Of a DNA stretch of 64,000 bases, positions 43,726-52,823 are shown one piece after another; position 1 is the first letter of the stretch; every line of letters begins with the position of its first letter. Location: positions 94,359 to 158,358 of the forward strand of contig MEDJ01000019.1 of assembly GCA_001724025.1 (NCBI GenBank), written 5' to 3'. The stretch is from Acidobacteria bacterium SCN 69-37. GTDB taxonomy: Bacteria; Acidobacteriota; Vicinamibacteria; Vicinamibacterales; SCN-69-37. The notes beneath the pieces were generated by a model, which saw only the letters and a list, made by a program, of their open reading frames with translations, did not search any database and was not told where the DNA came from. The position numbers and the translations under genes are program-made.

Positions 43726-44049
43726 ATGTCCAAGTCAAAAGGCGAAGTCGTCGTGTCTGTGTCGATCATCCCGAATCAGCAGGGATCTCCCGCAGGGAAG
43801 CTTGCTGACGCGGAGGTGATGTTCGAAGCCGCATCCGGCCCGCTCAGCGGGATGAAGTTGATCGGCTTCGCAGTGTGGGAACGTCGCGATGGGGGAAGAA
43901 ACGTGACGTTCCCGGCCCGACAGTACTCCGTGAACGGAGAACGTCGGAGCTTCGCACTGTTGCGTCCCGCGAACGGGGACGCCAGCGCGCAGGAGGCGAT
44001 TAGGCAGTGCATCCTCGACGCGTACCAGCGCTCGGAGGCTCACACCTGA
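43726..44049 (+). CDS. SpoVG-like small protein, copy 1 (family call tentative)
   Basis: GKLADAEVMF...GMKLIGFAVWERRDGGRNVTFPARQYSVNGERRSFALLRP. GGAGA RBS. It is a paralogue of 48302-48607. Confidence 0.5.
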   Translation: MSKSKGEVVVSVSIIPNQQGSPAGKLADAEVMFEAASGPLSGMKLIGFAVWERRDGGRNVTFPARQYSVNGERRSFALLRPANGDASAQEAIRQCILDAYQRSEAHT

Positions 44050-44169
44050 TCGACCAGAAGGTTCCCAGGCGGTGCGGGCTCAGCCCCGCCGCCTGGGGCC
44101 GCGGTTCTCTCCCGATGGAATGTTGTTTCGTCGGCTGCGCAGCCGACGTCTCGCGGAAAGGACGCAGTT

Positions 44170-45336
44170 ATGGAGACCGTGACGCGCTTTGTCGACAGGC
44201 AATCTGGCTCGCTCTCGGCGGCTTCGACGCCGGGCGCTGATGCCGCGCGCACGCTCTCCGCGACCGCAGGCTATCTGCTGTCTGAAGACGGCAGGAAGGC
44301 GTCACTTCTCTCGGGCGGCGACGGCCGGTCGGTCCAGCAGATCACGCTGCAGGTTCCGGCGAATCGCCTCCACCTCGTATCCGTCGACCGGCAAGGCGTG
44401 GCGCGGCTCAAGCTCAGGCCGCGATTCGAGATGGATGCCACGGGCATCGTTCGTATCGACACCGCGCCGATGTACGACGCGCCCCCGACCGTCGACGAGT
44501 TGTATCGCGCGGCGGCGAAGAACCACGAACTCGAGGCCGTCTACCACGCTCAACGCACGACGCTGAAGGCCAAGAGAACGGATGACGACCGTGTGCGGAG
44601 ACAGAGCCTCGCCGAGACGTTCTTCGCCGACAAGGGTCTGCGTGCAGCCTCCCATCCACCGCCGACTCCGAAGACGTGCTACGTGATCACCGAGCGCGGA
44701 GGAGTGCTGTTCGACGTGTCGACTGACCAAGGTCTGGCCAAGGATGTCCCTCCGGAAGCGCATCGGCGATTTCGTGCCGACCAACGCGCCTACCAGGAGA
44801 AGGTCCGACAGGATCAGATCGCTCAGGCGGCGTTGCACGAAGAGAAGAAGCGGTTCATTGCCGAGTGGATCAGCGTCAACGGAACCGAGGAAGAGAAGGC
44901 GCGGCACGCATCCGGAGTTCTGCCGATGGCCGAAGCCATCGCGCGAATCAGTGGCCAGGTCTTCGCGGCCATCGACACCATGCCCATTTACGTGCACGAC
45001 GGCGCGCAGCGGCTTCAGAGGTTCATCCGGCAGTTCACGGGTTCAGCGGACGTTACCGTCACCCCTGCCGACGTCGTCGCCCGCAGCGCCCACGCCATCA
45101 TGGCGTCGGCCGACGAATGGGCAGCCATCCGAGAGATTCAGGAACGGCTGCCCGAGGCCCACGCAGTGCTCCGTCATCATCTGCTGTTGTCGCGCCGACA
45201 CCAGGGAGTGCCGAGCCTTGTCATCATCGGCGCCCTCGTAACCCTGAAGCACGGGCCGTTCGTGCTACGCCGCGAGTACATCGTGTCCGACAAGCAGTCG
45301 GCTGCTGCTTCTACCACGGAGGTGGATCGCAACTGA
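44170..45336 (+). CDS. Hypothetical protein (388 aa)
   Basis: Long ORF with normal amino-acid composition. No motif recognised. Confidence 0.5.
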   Translation: METVTRFVDRQSGSLSAASTPGADAARTLSATAGYLLSEDGRKASLLSGGDGRSVQQITLQVPANRLHLVSVDRQGVARLKLRPRFEMDATGIVRIDTAPMYDAPPTVDELYRAAAKNHELEAVYHAQRTTLKAKRTDDDRVRRQSLAETFFADKGLRAASHPPPTPKTCYVITERGGVLFDVSTDQGLAKDVPPEAHRRFRADQRAYQEKVRQDQIAQAALHEEKKRFIAEWISVNGTEEEKARHASGVLPMAEAIARISGQVFAAIDTMPIYVHDGAQRLQRFIRQFTGSADVTVTPADVVARSAHAIMASADEWAAIREIQERLPEAHAVLRHHLLLSRRHQGVPSLVIIGALVTLKHGPFVLRREYIVSDKQSAAASTTEVDRN

Positions 45337-45471
45337 GAACGGATTGGTCCCCTTCGCCAGGGGATCACAACTCTCTCTCGCTGTGGTCGTCCTGACCACC
45401 CCCTCACGCCGCCCGGCGTGAGGCTTCGTTCCACCTCGTCGCCCTCAGGGCACGCAGAAAGGAGCAGTCCA

Positions 45472-46578
45472 ATGAACGGAATAGGTGTGTCTGCTGTCAA
45501 CGCGTACACGGCTCACCGGGAATGGGCGTCACGCCCGCCGGATGAACGGTACGGCAGTGTTCACGCGCTCTACGAGTCGGCTCGCGCACGGCGCATCCGC
45601 ACCGAAGAGCGCACCATCGAGACCGTCGCCGTCAGGACAGAAGCGGTGGCAGCTGACGCGCTCGCGCTACGCGACACGTCCGGTCGCCCGGCCGCCCTCA
45701 CGAACTGGAGCTTCGAGCAGCTCGCCGGCATAGCCGGGGCGCCGCCGAAGTACCTCCGAACGCTGCCCGCCGTAATCGCCTCGGACGCGATCAACTACGG
45801 GCTGCACCGTCAACGTCGTGAGCAGCATCAGCTGCTCCTCGATCGCGACGATCCGTGGACCGTGCACGCCGTCACCTCCCCGAGGTACGCGCGTGTGCAC
45901 CATGACGAGCTGACCGCACGGGTGCTCGACCTCATGGCCCAGCATTCGGCCTGGTCCTTGCCACTCGGCTATACGGACGGCGTATTCGGCGCTGAACGGG
46001 TTCCGTCCGGCGCCTACCTGGGAGATCGAGACATGTTCCTGTTCCTCGTGGATGGCAACCGCGATCTCGACGACCCCACTGACACGTCGCATGCTGGTTT
46101 GTTCCGCGGATTCATTCTCCGGAACAGCGACGTCGGTGCCGCCGCCCTCACCCTGGATGTGTTCTTGTTCCGCGCGGTATGCGGCAACCACATCATCTGG
46201 GGCTTCCAGCACGTGGTCGGCTTCCGGCGCCGGCACGTGGGAGTGTCGATTCAGGACGAGTGGACCGCCTCTCTCGAGAGTGTCCGCTCAGCCCTGGATG
46301 CGGACGTCGCCGACGATCGCCTCGTGCTCCTGCGGGCACAGTCCCAGGAACTCGGGTCGGATCGTGCGGCGGTGATCGATACGGCGGTGCAGCGACTGGA
46401 GCTGTCGCGAAAGCACGCCGATGAGGCGTACACGCTCGCGGAGACGTTCGAGTCGAATCCTCGATCCGTCTGGGGCTACGTGCAAGGGCTCACGCGTTTG
46501 AGTCAGCGCACACCCTGGCAGGACGGGCGCTTCAATCTCGATCGCGCCGCAAGCCGCCTCTTGACCACGGTCCACTAG
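45472..46578 (+). CDS. DUF932-family protein (typical of ICE/plasmid leading regions)
   Basis: TAHREWASRPPDERYGSVHALYE...FRAVCGNHIIWG matches my recollection of DUF932. Start ATG 45472 follows GAAAGGAG. Confidence 0.65.
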   Translation: MNGIGVSAVNAYTAHREWASRPPDERYGSVHALYESARARRIRTEERTIETVAVRTEAVAADALALRDTSGRPAALTNWSFEQLAGIAGAPPKYLRTLPAVIASDAINYGLHRQRREQHQLLLDRDDPWTVHAVTSPRYARVHHDELTARVLDLMAQHSAWSLPLGYTDGVFGAERVPSGAYLGDRDMFLFLVDGNRDLDDPTDTSHAGLFRGFILRNSDVGAAALTLDVFLFRAVCGNHIIWGFQHVVGFRRRHVGVSIQDEWTASLESVRSALDADVADDRLVLLRAQSQELGSDRAAVIDTAVQRLELSRKHADEAYTLAETFESNPRSVWGYVQGLTRLSQRTPWQDGRFNLDRAASRLLTTVH

Positions 46579-46729
46579 GCCAGGTCATTCGCCGTTCGGG
46601 TTCAGCCCGCGGCACCCAACCACGCAACAGCGGACGCTGGCGCCACGCCACGTCCATCACCCGCCCCTCGCGACAGACCGTCGCGCAAGGTGGCCGCCTT
46701 CGCTCCCAGAGCCAGGCGCTCTGCCGGAG

Positions 46730-47173
46730 GTGTCTGCCATGCGCGACGGATCCGCCCGCCAACGAGTCACGAAACCACAGCCACGCACCTGGACGCCGGA
46801 GCGCGTCGAGGCTCGACACTGGAGAGTGCGTCACCGCCTCGCTGTCCTACAAGAGATGGCGGAGGACGCACACGATCTCCCGTGGACGCGTCGGCTCGTC
46901 AACACCCTCCTCGACGAACTCCACGTCACTGACGAATTCGATCGACTCGTCGGTCCTGTCTCCCGCGTGCCCGTCAGCCAGTACCCACGGCTGATCGCTA
47001 TCGCGCTGCTGCTGCGCCACAGCTGGTCGCTCTACGACCTGTCTCGCACAGGGCATCGCATCGGGCTCGGGTGCGGTCCGCTCCAAGCAGAACTCAACAC
47101 CAACGGCTGCGATTGCGCACGGCGACGGCGTCGTGCGTCCCGGGCGGCGCTCTCAGGGCCACGCCCGCACTGA
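46730..47173 (+). CDS. Hypothetical protein, paralogue of 26517-26897
   Basis: Shares a conserved core with 26517-26897 (see that entry). The start could be GTG 46730 or ATG 46739. Confidence 0.4.
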   Translation: MSAMRDGSARQRVTKPQPRTWTPERVEARHWRVRHRLAVLQEMAEDAHDLPWTRRLVNTLLDELHVTDEFDRLVGPVSRVPVSQYPRLIAIALLLRHSWSLYDLSRTGHRIGLGCGPLQAELNTNGCDCARRRRRASRAALSGPRPH

Positions 47174-47182
47174 AAGGAGTTC

Positions 47183-47692
47183 GTGATGACTGCTTCCGTC
47201 CTTTCATCGGCCTCGCCGCGCGGCCACCGCGTGCGCGAACTCGTCGTCGGCTACCGCTCGCTGCGCAACAGCGACGGCCGCGTCGTCGATGTGCCCGCCG
47301 TGGCGCTTAACAACCCGCGGAACGCGGCGGCCGTCCTTGGTCCGCTGGTCGCCGATCAGGCCGTCGAGGTCTTCGGCGTCGCCTGTCTCTCCACCAAGCA
47401 TCGCCTCCTCACCTGGCATGTGCTCTCGCGCGGCACGCGCGACAGCACGCCGGTGTCCCTGCCGGACGTCTTCCTGCCCGCGTGTCTCACACCGGGCGCG
47501 ACCGGCGTGATGGTCGTCCACAACCATCCGAGCGGCGATCCCACCCCGAGTCCCGACGATGCGCGGCTCACGCTCCGCCTGTGTGCCGCCGCCGACGTGC
47601 TCGATATCGCGCTGCTCGATCACCTGATCGTCGGCGACGAAGGCCGCTACTTCAGCTTCCACGAGAGCGGTCAGTTCACGAAGAGGACGTAA
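47183..47692 (+). CDS. radC: RadC-like JAB/MPN domain protein
   Basis: JAMM motif VVHNHPSGDPTPSPDD followed by LLDHLIVGD. Confidence 0.85.
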   Translation: MMTASVLSSASPRGHRVRELVVGYRSLRNSDGRVVDVPAVALNNPRNAAAVLGPLVADQAVEVFGVACLSTKHRLLTWHVLSRGTRDSTPVSLPDVFLPACLTPGATGVMVVHNHPSGDPTPSPDDARLTLRLCAAADVLDIALLDHLIVGDEGRYFSFHESGQFTKRT

Positions 47693-47869
47693 CCCATGCC
47701 CGCCGCTTCGACCTTCGCATTCTGTGGAAGTCCTCAGCCGCGTCAAGGCTTCGCTCGCTGCGCTCGCCGCTCTGAGAGGCAACAGCGCCGCGGCCTTGAC
47801 TCGGCCTCGGTACTTCCCACGGAGGGCATCTATCGAAGCGGCGGGGGATCTCGAAGAAAGGAGAACCCC

Positions 47870-48238
47870 ATGAACGAACGGTCGCTCACACCCAACATCA
47901 CGGTGACGATCGGCCACCACTCGCGAATCTATTTCGCGTTCGTCACGACGGCACCGATCGAGCTCGACTCGCCGGCAACCGTCACGCTGCACGCGGCGAC
48001 GTTCGCAGACGTCGTCAGCTTCACAGCGGAGCCGATCACGCTCGATCACGCTCGCGCCCGAATACCGGCGCGCTTGGTGCTGATCGACGCGATGGAGCTC
48101 GCGTGGCAACGAGCCAAGTACCGCGGTCATCAGCACCCGTTGCTGGCGGCGGATCCCGGGCTCGTCGGCCTCAACACGCTCCAGCACTGGCTCTGGCAAC
48201 GGCTTCAGGCCACGCCATCCAGCCAGGTCGCTGCATGA
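47870..48238 (+). CDS. Hypothetical protein (122 aa)
   Basis: AAAGGAGA RBS 6 nt upstream of the ATG. No motif recognised. Confidence 0.4.
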   Translation: MNERSLTPNITVTIGHHSRIYFAFVTTAPIELDSPATVTLHAATFADVVSFTAEPITLDHARARIPARLVLIDAMELAWQRAKYRGHQHPLLAADPGLVGLNTLQHWLWQRLQATPSSQVAA

Positions 48239-48301
48239 CTCGCACACACACGTTCGCGTCAACCGCTCGCCGAGGAGGCGAGCTTCTCAGGAGGTTCAAT
48301 C

Positions 48302-48607
48302 ATGGTCGTCAAGATCGTTCCGAACGACAAAGCCAACCCGCCCGGCAAACTCGCCGATGCCGAGCTGCACTTCAACGACGGCGTGCTCGACGGCTTGAAG
48401 CTGATCGGATTCGCCGTGTGGGAGCGCCGCAGCGGCAGTGGCCGCAACGTCACGTTCCCGGCGCGTCAGTACTCCGTGAATGGTGAGCGCCGCAGCTTCG
48501 CGCTGCTGCGGCCCATCGCGGACGCGGCGTCACAGGAACGTGTGCGTGATCTCGTGCTGCAGGCGTACGCCGAGTACGAGGAGACCGCAACTGAGGCCGC
48601 TTCATAG
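48302..48607 (+). CDS. SpoVG-like small protein, copy 2
   Basis: GKLADAELHF...GLKLIGFAVWERRSGSGRNVTFPARQYSVNGERRSFALLRP. Confidence 0.5.
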   Translation: MVVKIVPNDKANPPGKLADAELHFNDGVLDGLKLIGFAVWERRSGSGRNVTFPARQYSVNGERRSFALLRPIADAASQERVRDLVLQAYAEYEETATEAAS

Positions 48608-48609
48608 CG

Positions 48610-48864
48610 GTGCAAGGCAAGGTTCTGGACGTCCTCCTTCGGGAGGGCGTCCAGGACAACACGAATGTTGTGGGCGTCGTCATGGAACAGCCGAAGATGT
48701 CTGAGCCGGAGCATGACCCGATTCCGCTCGACCTCTGCCGCGAGTTGCTCGCAGGCGAAGCTGAAAGCCTGTCCGATGAGGAAGTCGAACTGATTCGACA
48801 ACACGCCGATGCCATGGCCCACTTGTTGATCGAGATCGCGGTTCAGGGGCAGTCGGAAGGCTAG
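48610..48864 (+). CDS. Small acidic hypothetical protein upstream of the recombinase (possible directionality factor)
   Basis: ORF only. The start is ambiguous (GTG 48610 or internal ATGs). No motif recognised. Confidence 0.3.
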   Translation: MQGKVLDVLLREGVQDNTNVVGVVMEQPKMSEPEHDPIPLDLCRELLAGEAESLSDEEVELIRQHADAMAHLLIEIAVQGQSEG

Positions 48865-48868
48865 ACGC

Positions 48869-50440
48869 ATGCACGGCACCGAGGCCTTGCGGGAGCTCGA
48901 GAGTGGGTCTAAGCTGCCGTTGATGGTCGGCGCAATCATCTACGTCCGCGTGAGCACGAAGGAGCAGACCGAGAACTTGAGTCTGCCCACGCAGCTTCGC
49001 GCGTGCGAAGAATACTGTCGCCGACAGGGCTACGAGATTCTCGAGCAGTTCAGGGAAGAAGGCGAGAGCGCGAAGACTGCCGACCGACCTCAACTGCAGC
49101 GGCTCCTCAAGTACTGCCGGACAAACAAGGGCAGGGTTCACTTCGTTGTCGTCTTCAACCTCACGCGGTTCGCGCGCGAAAAATACGACCACTTCGCGCT
49201 GCGGTCGCATCTGAAATCGCTCGGCATCTCGTTGCGATCGGCGACCGAGCCCATTGACGACACGTCTACGGGAAAGTTGATGGAGGGCGTCCTGGCGTCC
49301 TTCGCGCAATTCGACAACGACGTGCGATCGGATCGCACACGTGCAGGGATGAAGGCCGCTTTGGAACTGGGCCGCTGGACATTCCTCGCTCCTATCGGCT
49401 ACGTCAACGTTCCAAGGACGTACGGAAAGAGCCTGATCCCAGACCCCGAGCGAGCTTCGGTTGTCCAGCAAATCTTCCGAGACTTCGCCACCGGACGATT
49501 CACGAAACAAGAGCTGTTGAACGAAATGACCCGCCGAGGGCTGAAGACGCGAAAGGGCCTGCCTGTCAGCGCCCAGGCGTTCAGCACCATGCTGCAGAAC
49601 AAGCTGTACGTCGGCATCGTGGATGCACCCGGCTACGGTATCGTCGGAAAGCGTGGCGATTTCGATGCTCTGATTCCGGACGACGTGTTCTATCGAGTTC
49701 AGGCGATCCTGGCTGGACGAGTGCACACAACGGGCCCATACAATCGACGTCGGCCTGAGTTCCCATTGCGGGCGTTCATCAAGTGCGCTGCCTGCGGACG
49801 CGGCGTCACCGCAAGCTGGTCAAAGGGACGCAGTGCTCGTTACGCGTACTACCACTGCCTGCCGCCTTGCCGGTCGGTCAACATCACAAAGGCAAAGCTC
49901 GAGGGGCTGTTCGTGGACGAGTTGGAGCGATTCCAGCCGACGCCGGGATACATGAGGCTACTCAAGGAATCAGTGCTGCGCGTGTGGCACGATCGCAAGG
50001 CGGTCGTCAAGACCGAGGTGGCGGGCGCCGAGCATCGAGCCAAGGCGATCCAGCAGAAACTTGACCGCCTGGATGACGCGTTCATCTACAAGGAGTCGAT
50101 TGACCTTGGCACGTACGAACGGCAACGCGACCGACTCCGCGAAGAACTGACCCTGGTCGAGATTGACCGGCACGGCTCGAAGGTCGAGGAGTTTGACGTC
50201 GAGGGCATCCTGAACTTTGCAGAGCGAGTGCTACCGCGGGCCGCGGACCTGTGGATTCAAGCGTCGTTGGAGCAGCGCCAGAGACTTCAGCGCCTGTTCT
50301 TCCCGGAAGGCGTGGCGTTCAGCGGAAAATCCTTCGATCGAACCGTCGTAACGTCTTCTCTCTTTGAGTACTTAAGGCCGCTTGATGGGCCGCAGGAAAA
50401 TTTGGTGGACCTGACCGGGATCGAACCGGTGACCTCATGA
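48869..50440 (+). CDS. Large serine recombinase
   Basis: Resolvase catalytic N-domain (IIYVRVSTKEQ...SLPTQ), a recombinase domain, the zinc ribbon CAACGRGVTASW...YYHC, and a coiled-coil tail. The last 38 nt overlap tRNA-Ala. Confidence 0.9.
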   Translation: MHGTEALRELESGSKLPLMVGAIIYVRVSTKEQTENLSLPTQLRACEEYCRRQGYEILEQFREEGESAKTADRPQLQRLLKYCRTNKGRVHFVVVFNLTRFAREKYDHFALRSHLKSLGISLRSATEPIDDTSTGKLMEGVLASFAQFDNDVRSDRTRAGMKAALELGRWTFLAPIGYVNVPRTYGKSLIPDPERASVVQQIFRDFATGRFTKQELLNEMTRRGLKTRKGLPVSAQAFSTMLQNKLYVGIVDAPGYGIVGKRGDFDALIPDDVFYRVQAILAGRVHTTGPYNRRRPEFPLRAFIKCAACGRGVTASWSKGRSARYAYYHCLPPCRSVNITKAKLEGLFVDELERFQPTPGYMRLLKESVLRVWHDRKAVVKTEVAGAEHRAKAIQQKLDRLDDAFIYKESIDLGTYERQRDRLREELTLVEIDRHGSKVEEFDVEGILNFAERVLPRAADLWIQASLEQRQRLQRLFFPEGVAFSGKSFDRTVVTSSLFEYLRPLDGPQENLVDLTGIEPVTS

Positions 50441-50478
50441 ATGCCATTCATGCGCGCTCCCAGCTGCGCCACAGGCCC
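50403..50478 (-). tRNA. tRNA-Ala (anticodon GGC), CCA encoded
   Basis: Hand-folded cloverleaf: GGGCCTG/TG/GCGC-AGCTGGGA-GCGC/G/CATGA-ATGGCAT-TCATG/AGGTC/ACCGG-TTCGATC-CCGGT/CAGGTCC/ACCA. The G3:U70 alanine identity pair is present. Confidence 0.9.
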
Positions 50479-50689
50479 ACGCGTCGGACGCGAGAACACC
50501 GAAGTATACGGCTGTCGATGCGTTTCGTCAAAGTCTCCGGCCAGGCCTCCCGTCCGCTCGAGACGGATCCGCGGTTTTCGGCCGCAATCCCGCCGGGCGA
50601 CCTTGACTTGACCGGAGGTCCGTGCCTAGACTGGCCACGGTTACATCGCAACTGGTCCGGAGCACAGGCTCCCCGTCAAAGGAACAATC

Positions 50690-50896
50690 ATGCCCAGTGG
50701 CACGATTGCACGTTTGTTGATCGATAAGGGTTTTGGGTTCATCCGCGACGAAGGTGGTGTGGAGCATTTCTTCCACCGATCGGCGGTACGTGGGGCAGTC
50801 TTCGAACTGCTCCGTGAAGGACAGCGCGTCGAGTTCATCAACGAGGACTCGCCGAAGGGACCGCGCGCGGCTGACGTGCGCCTCCTCGACAGCTGA
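50690..50896 (+). CDS. Cold-shock domain protein
   Basis: 68 aa. RNP-1-like KGFGFI and RNP-2-like HFFH motifs. Confidence 0.9.
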   Translation: MPSGTIARLLIDKGFGFIRDEGGVEHFFHRSAVRGAVFELLREGQRVEFINEDSPKGPRAADVRLLDS

Positions 50897-51088
50897 GATC
50901 CCCCGGGCGGAGGACGCATCGTCCTCCGCGTGGTCAGCCTCGGGTTCCCCACGGCGCAGGTCGCCTTCGCACACCCCCGGAGAGATCCGTCCGCCCGTCA
51001 GATCGTGACGTTCGACGGTCCTCTGGCGTCGGTGCAGGCGCTCGTCCGTAGTCGCGCTCCCCAGCGTCTGTTGCAGGAGGGAGATGCC

Positions 51089-51280
51089 ATGTCGCTGCAG
51101 GACATCAAGGACAAACTCGAGATCGGGCTCAAGCCGGACGCGCCCTACCGCCCCGCCAACCAGCCGGAATCCGAACAGCCACACCCGCCCCATCCGGCGG
51201 GCACGGACCCGGATCCGACCCGGACACCGCCGGTGCCCCCGGCAGAGTCCGCCGGCGACCGGCCGGAGGATCCGACCTAA
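51089..51280 (+). CDS. Small Pro-rich hypothetical protein
   Basis: AGGAGGGA RBS. Product is MSLQDIKDKLEIGLKPD... Composition is biased, so it could be spurious. Confidence 0.3.
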   Translation: MSLQDIKDKLEIGLKPDAPYRPANQPESEQPHPPHPAGTDPDPTRTPPVPPAESAGDRPEDPT

Positions 51281-51981
51281 CCCGCGACCGCGGACAACGC
51301 CGCCAGGCGCTCGGCGATCGGCTCGAGCTCTTCGAGTGTCTCGACGACGACCTCGGCGCCGGTGGCTGCCAGGGCCTCTGCTGAGTACTCGCCCGTCGCG
51401 ACCGCCACAGCGGTCGCCCCGTGCGCGTGCGCGCAGTCCACGTCGAGCGGCGTGTCACCGATCACCACGACACCCGCCGCCTCGATGCCACACGCCCGTG
51501 CGCGCGCGATGGCCACCGGCACCAGGGCCCGGCGATCGGCGTGCGCGTCGCCAAATGCGCCGAAGCGGAACCGTCGCCACAGGTCGACGTGCCCGAGTTT
51601 GAGGGCCGCGCCCTCCTCGAAATTTCCCGTCAGCAGACCGAGCGCAAACGACGGGTGCGCCTCGAGCGCGTCGAGCGCTCGCTGCACACCCGGCAGGACC
51701 TCCACGCCCGGTGCCGGCACCTGCCGCAGCGCGCGGGCGAGTTCCGTCAGGTACGACTCACGCAGCGGGCCGACGAGGTCCTCGGTCAGAACCTGGTCCC
51801 AGCGTCCGAAGACCTCCTCGAGGATGGCGCGATCGGTCCGCCCCGAAACCGGCACGCCGTCGAGCGCCCCCGATCGCCCGTGCAGGCGCGCGAACGCCTC
51901 GTTCATGCCACGTACACCGGCCCCGCCGGACCGAATGAGCGTGCCGTCGATGTCGAACAGGACGAGTACCGCCGGTGTCAT
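51277..51981 (-). CDS. HAD-superfamily hydrolase (phosphoglycolate-phosphatase-like)
   Basis: Motif I VLFDIDGTL and motif IV VVIGDTPLD. Confidence 0.75.
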   Translation of the reverse strand: MTPAVLVLFDIDGTLIRSGGAGVRGMNEAFARLHGRSGALDGVPVSGRTDRAILEEVFGRWDQVLTEDLVGPLRESYLTELARALRQVPAPGVEVLPGVQRALDALEAHPSFALGLLTGNFEEGAALKLGHVDLWRRFRFGAFGDAHADRRALVPVAIARARACGIEAAGVVVIGDTPLDVDCAHAHGATAVAVATGEYSAEALAATGAEVVVETLEELEPIAERLAALSAVAG

Positions 51982-51995
51982 CGCATCTGCCCCGC

Positions 51996-52823
51996 TCATC
52001 GTCCATCCCCGAGATGGGCCACCAGGCGCGTGAACGCCGTGGGCGGCAGGCCAACGTGGCCCAGCGCCGCGTCCCTGGCGCTGCCCGCCCCGTGAAAATC
52101 CGATCCGCCCGTCACCAGCAGGCCGTGTCGATCGGCCATCGTCTGGTACCGCACGACATCGGCCACCGCGTGATCCGGGTGGTAGACCTCGATCGCCCCG
52201 AGCCCCGCCTCGATCATCGGCGCGATCAGGTGATCGCGCTGCAACTTGCCCGGGTGCGCGATGGACGACAGGCCGCCCGACGCGCGCAGCCGCGCGACGA
52301 CCTCGGCCGGCTCGGGCCCGATGCGCGGCAGGAACGCGGGACGGCCCTCGGCAAGATACCGATCGAACGCGTCGGCCAGATCCGCCGCATGGCCGGCTGC
52401 CACGAGCAGCGCCGCAACAGCGGGACGTCCGACAGATCGGCCCGACGTCGCAGGCGTGGCCAGGAGCGACGTCACGTCGACCGGCGCACCGAGCTGCGCG
52501 AGCCGATCGCCTATCGCCGCCACCCGATCGAGCCGCCGCTCGCGCTGTACGCGGAGAAAATGACCCAGGGTGGAATCGGTGATGTCGATGCCGTAGCCGA
52601 GAATGTGCACGTCGACATCCTCAGCCACGGCCGTCATTTCGATGCCGGCGACAAACGTGAGACCGGCACGGGTCGCCGCGTCGCGCGCGGCCGGAATCCC
52701 TGCCACCGTATCGTGGTCGGTCACGGCCATGGCCACGCAGCCAACACGCGCGGCTGCGGCGACGAGCGCCTCCGGGCTCAGCTGTCCGTCGGAGGCGGTC
52801 GTGTGCAGATGGAGATCGATCAC
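51996..52823 (-). CDS. PHP-domain metal-dependent phosphoesterase
   Basis: MIDLHLHTTASDGQ, AVTDHDT and GGSDFHG. Confidence 0.8.
   Translation of the reverse strand: MIDLHLHTTASDGQLSPEALVAAAARVGCVAMAVTDHDTVAGIPAARDAATRAGLTFVAGIEMTAVAEDVDVHILGYGIDITDSTLGHFLRVQRERRLDRVAAIGDRLAQLGAPVDVTSLLATPATSGRSVGRPAVAALLVAAGHAADLADAFDRYLAEGRPAFLPRIGPEPAEVVARLRASGGLSSIAHPGKLQRDHLIAPMIEAGLGAIEVYHPDHAVADVVRYQTMADRHGLLVTGGSDFHGAGSARDAALGHVGLPPTAFTRLVAHLGDGR

Larger units (their letters stand above)
26256..50440. mobile_element. Integrative conjugative element (T4SS, coupling protein, primase, serine recombinase); left end not resolved
   Basis: A contiguous plus-strand block of virB2/3/4/9/10/5/6/8, virD4, virB11, RepB-like primase, DUF932, RadC and a large serine recombinase. 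The right end abuts and overlaps tRNA-Ala. The left limit is inferred only from gene content. Confidence 0.6.

Noticed and set aside
45402-45423. 9-bp stem / 4-nt loop hairpin (CCTCACGCC-GCCC-GGCGTGAGG) after the 44170-45336 gene, considered as a terminator
   Set aside because: No T-tract follows, and the next gene starts 49 nt later on the same strand. It may be only an mRNA structure. It is not reported as a feature.
47183-47692. RadC-like JAB protein as the missing deubiquitinase of the Ubl cassette
   Set aside because: It lies 37 kb away inside the conjugative element, among DUF932 and SpoVG-like leading-region genes where RadC homologues are commonplace. Nothing links it to the 8.4-10.3 kb cassette.
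50528-51193. 221-aa minus-strand ORF spanning the csp gene region
   Set aside because: It is antisense to a textbook cold-shock protein gene, and its product has a biased, Arg/Gly-rich composition.
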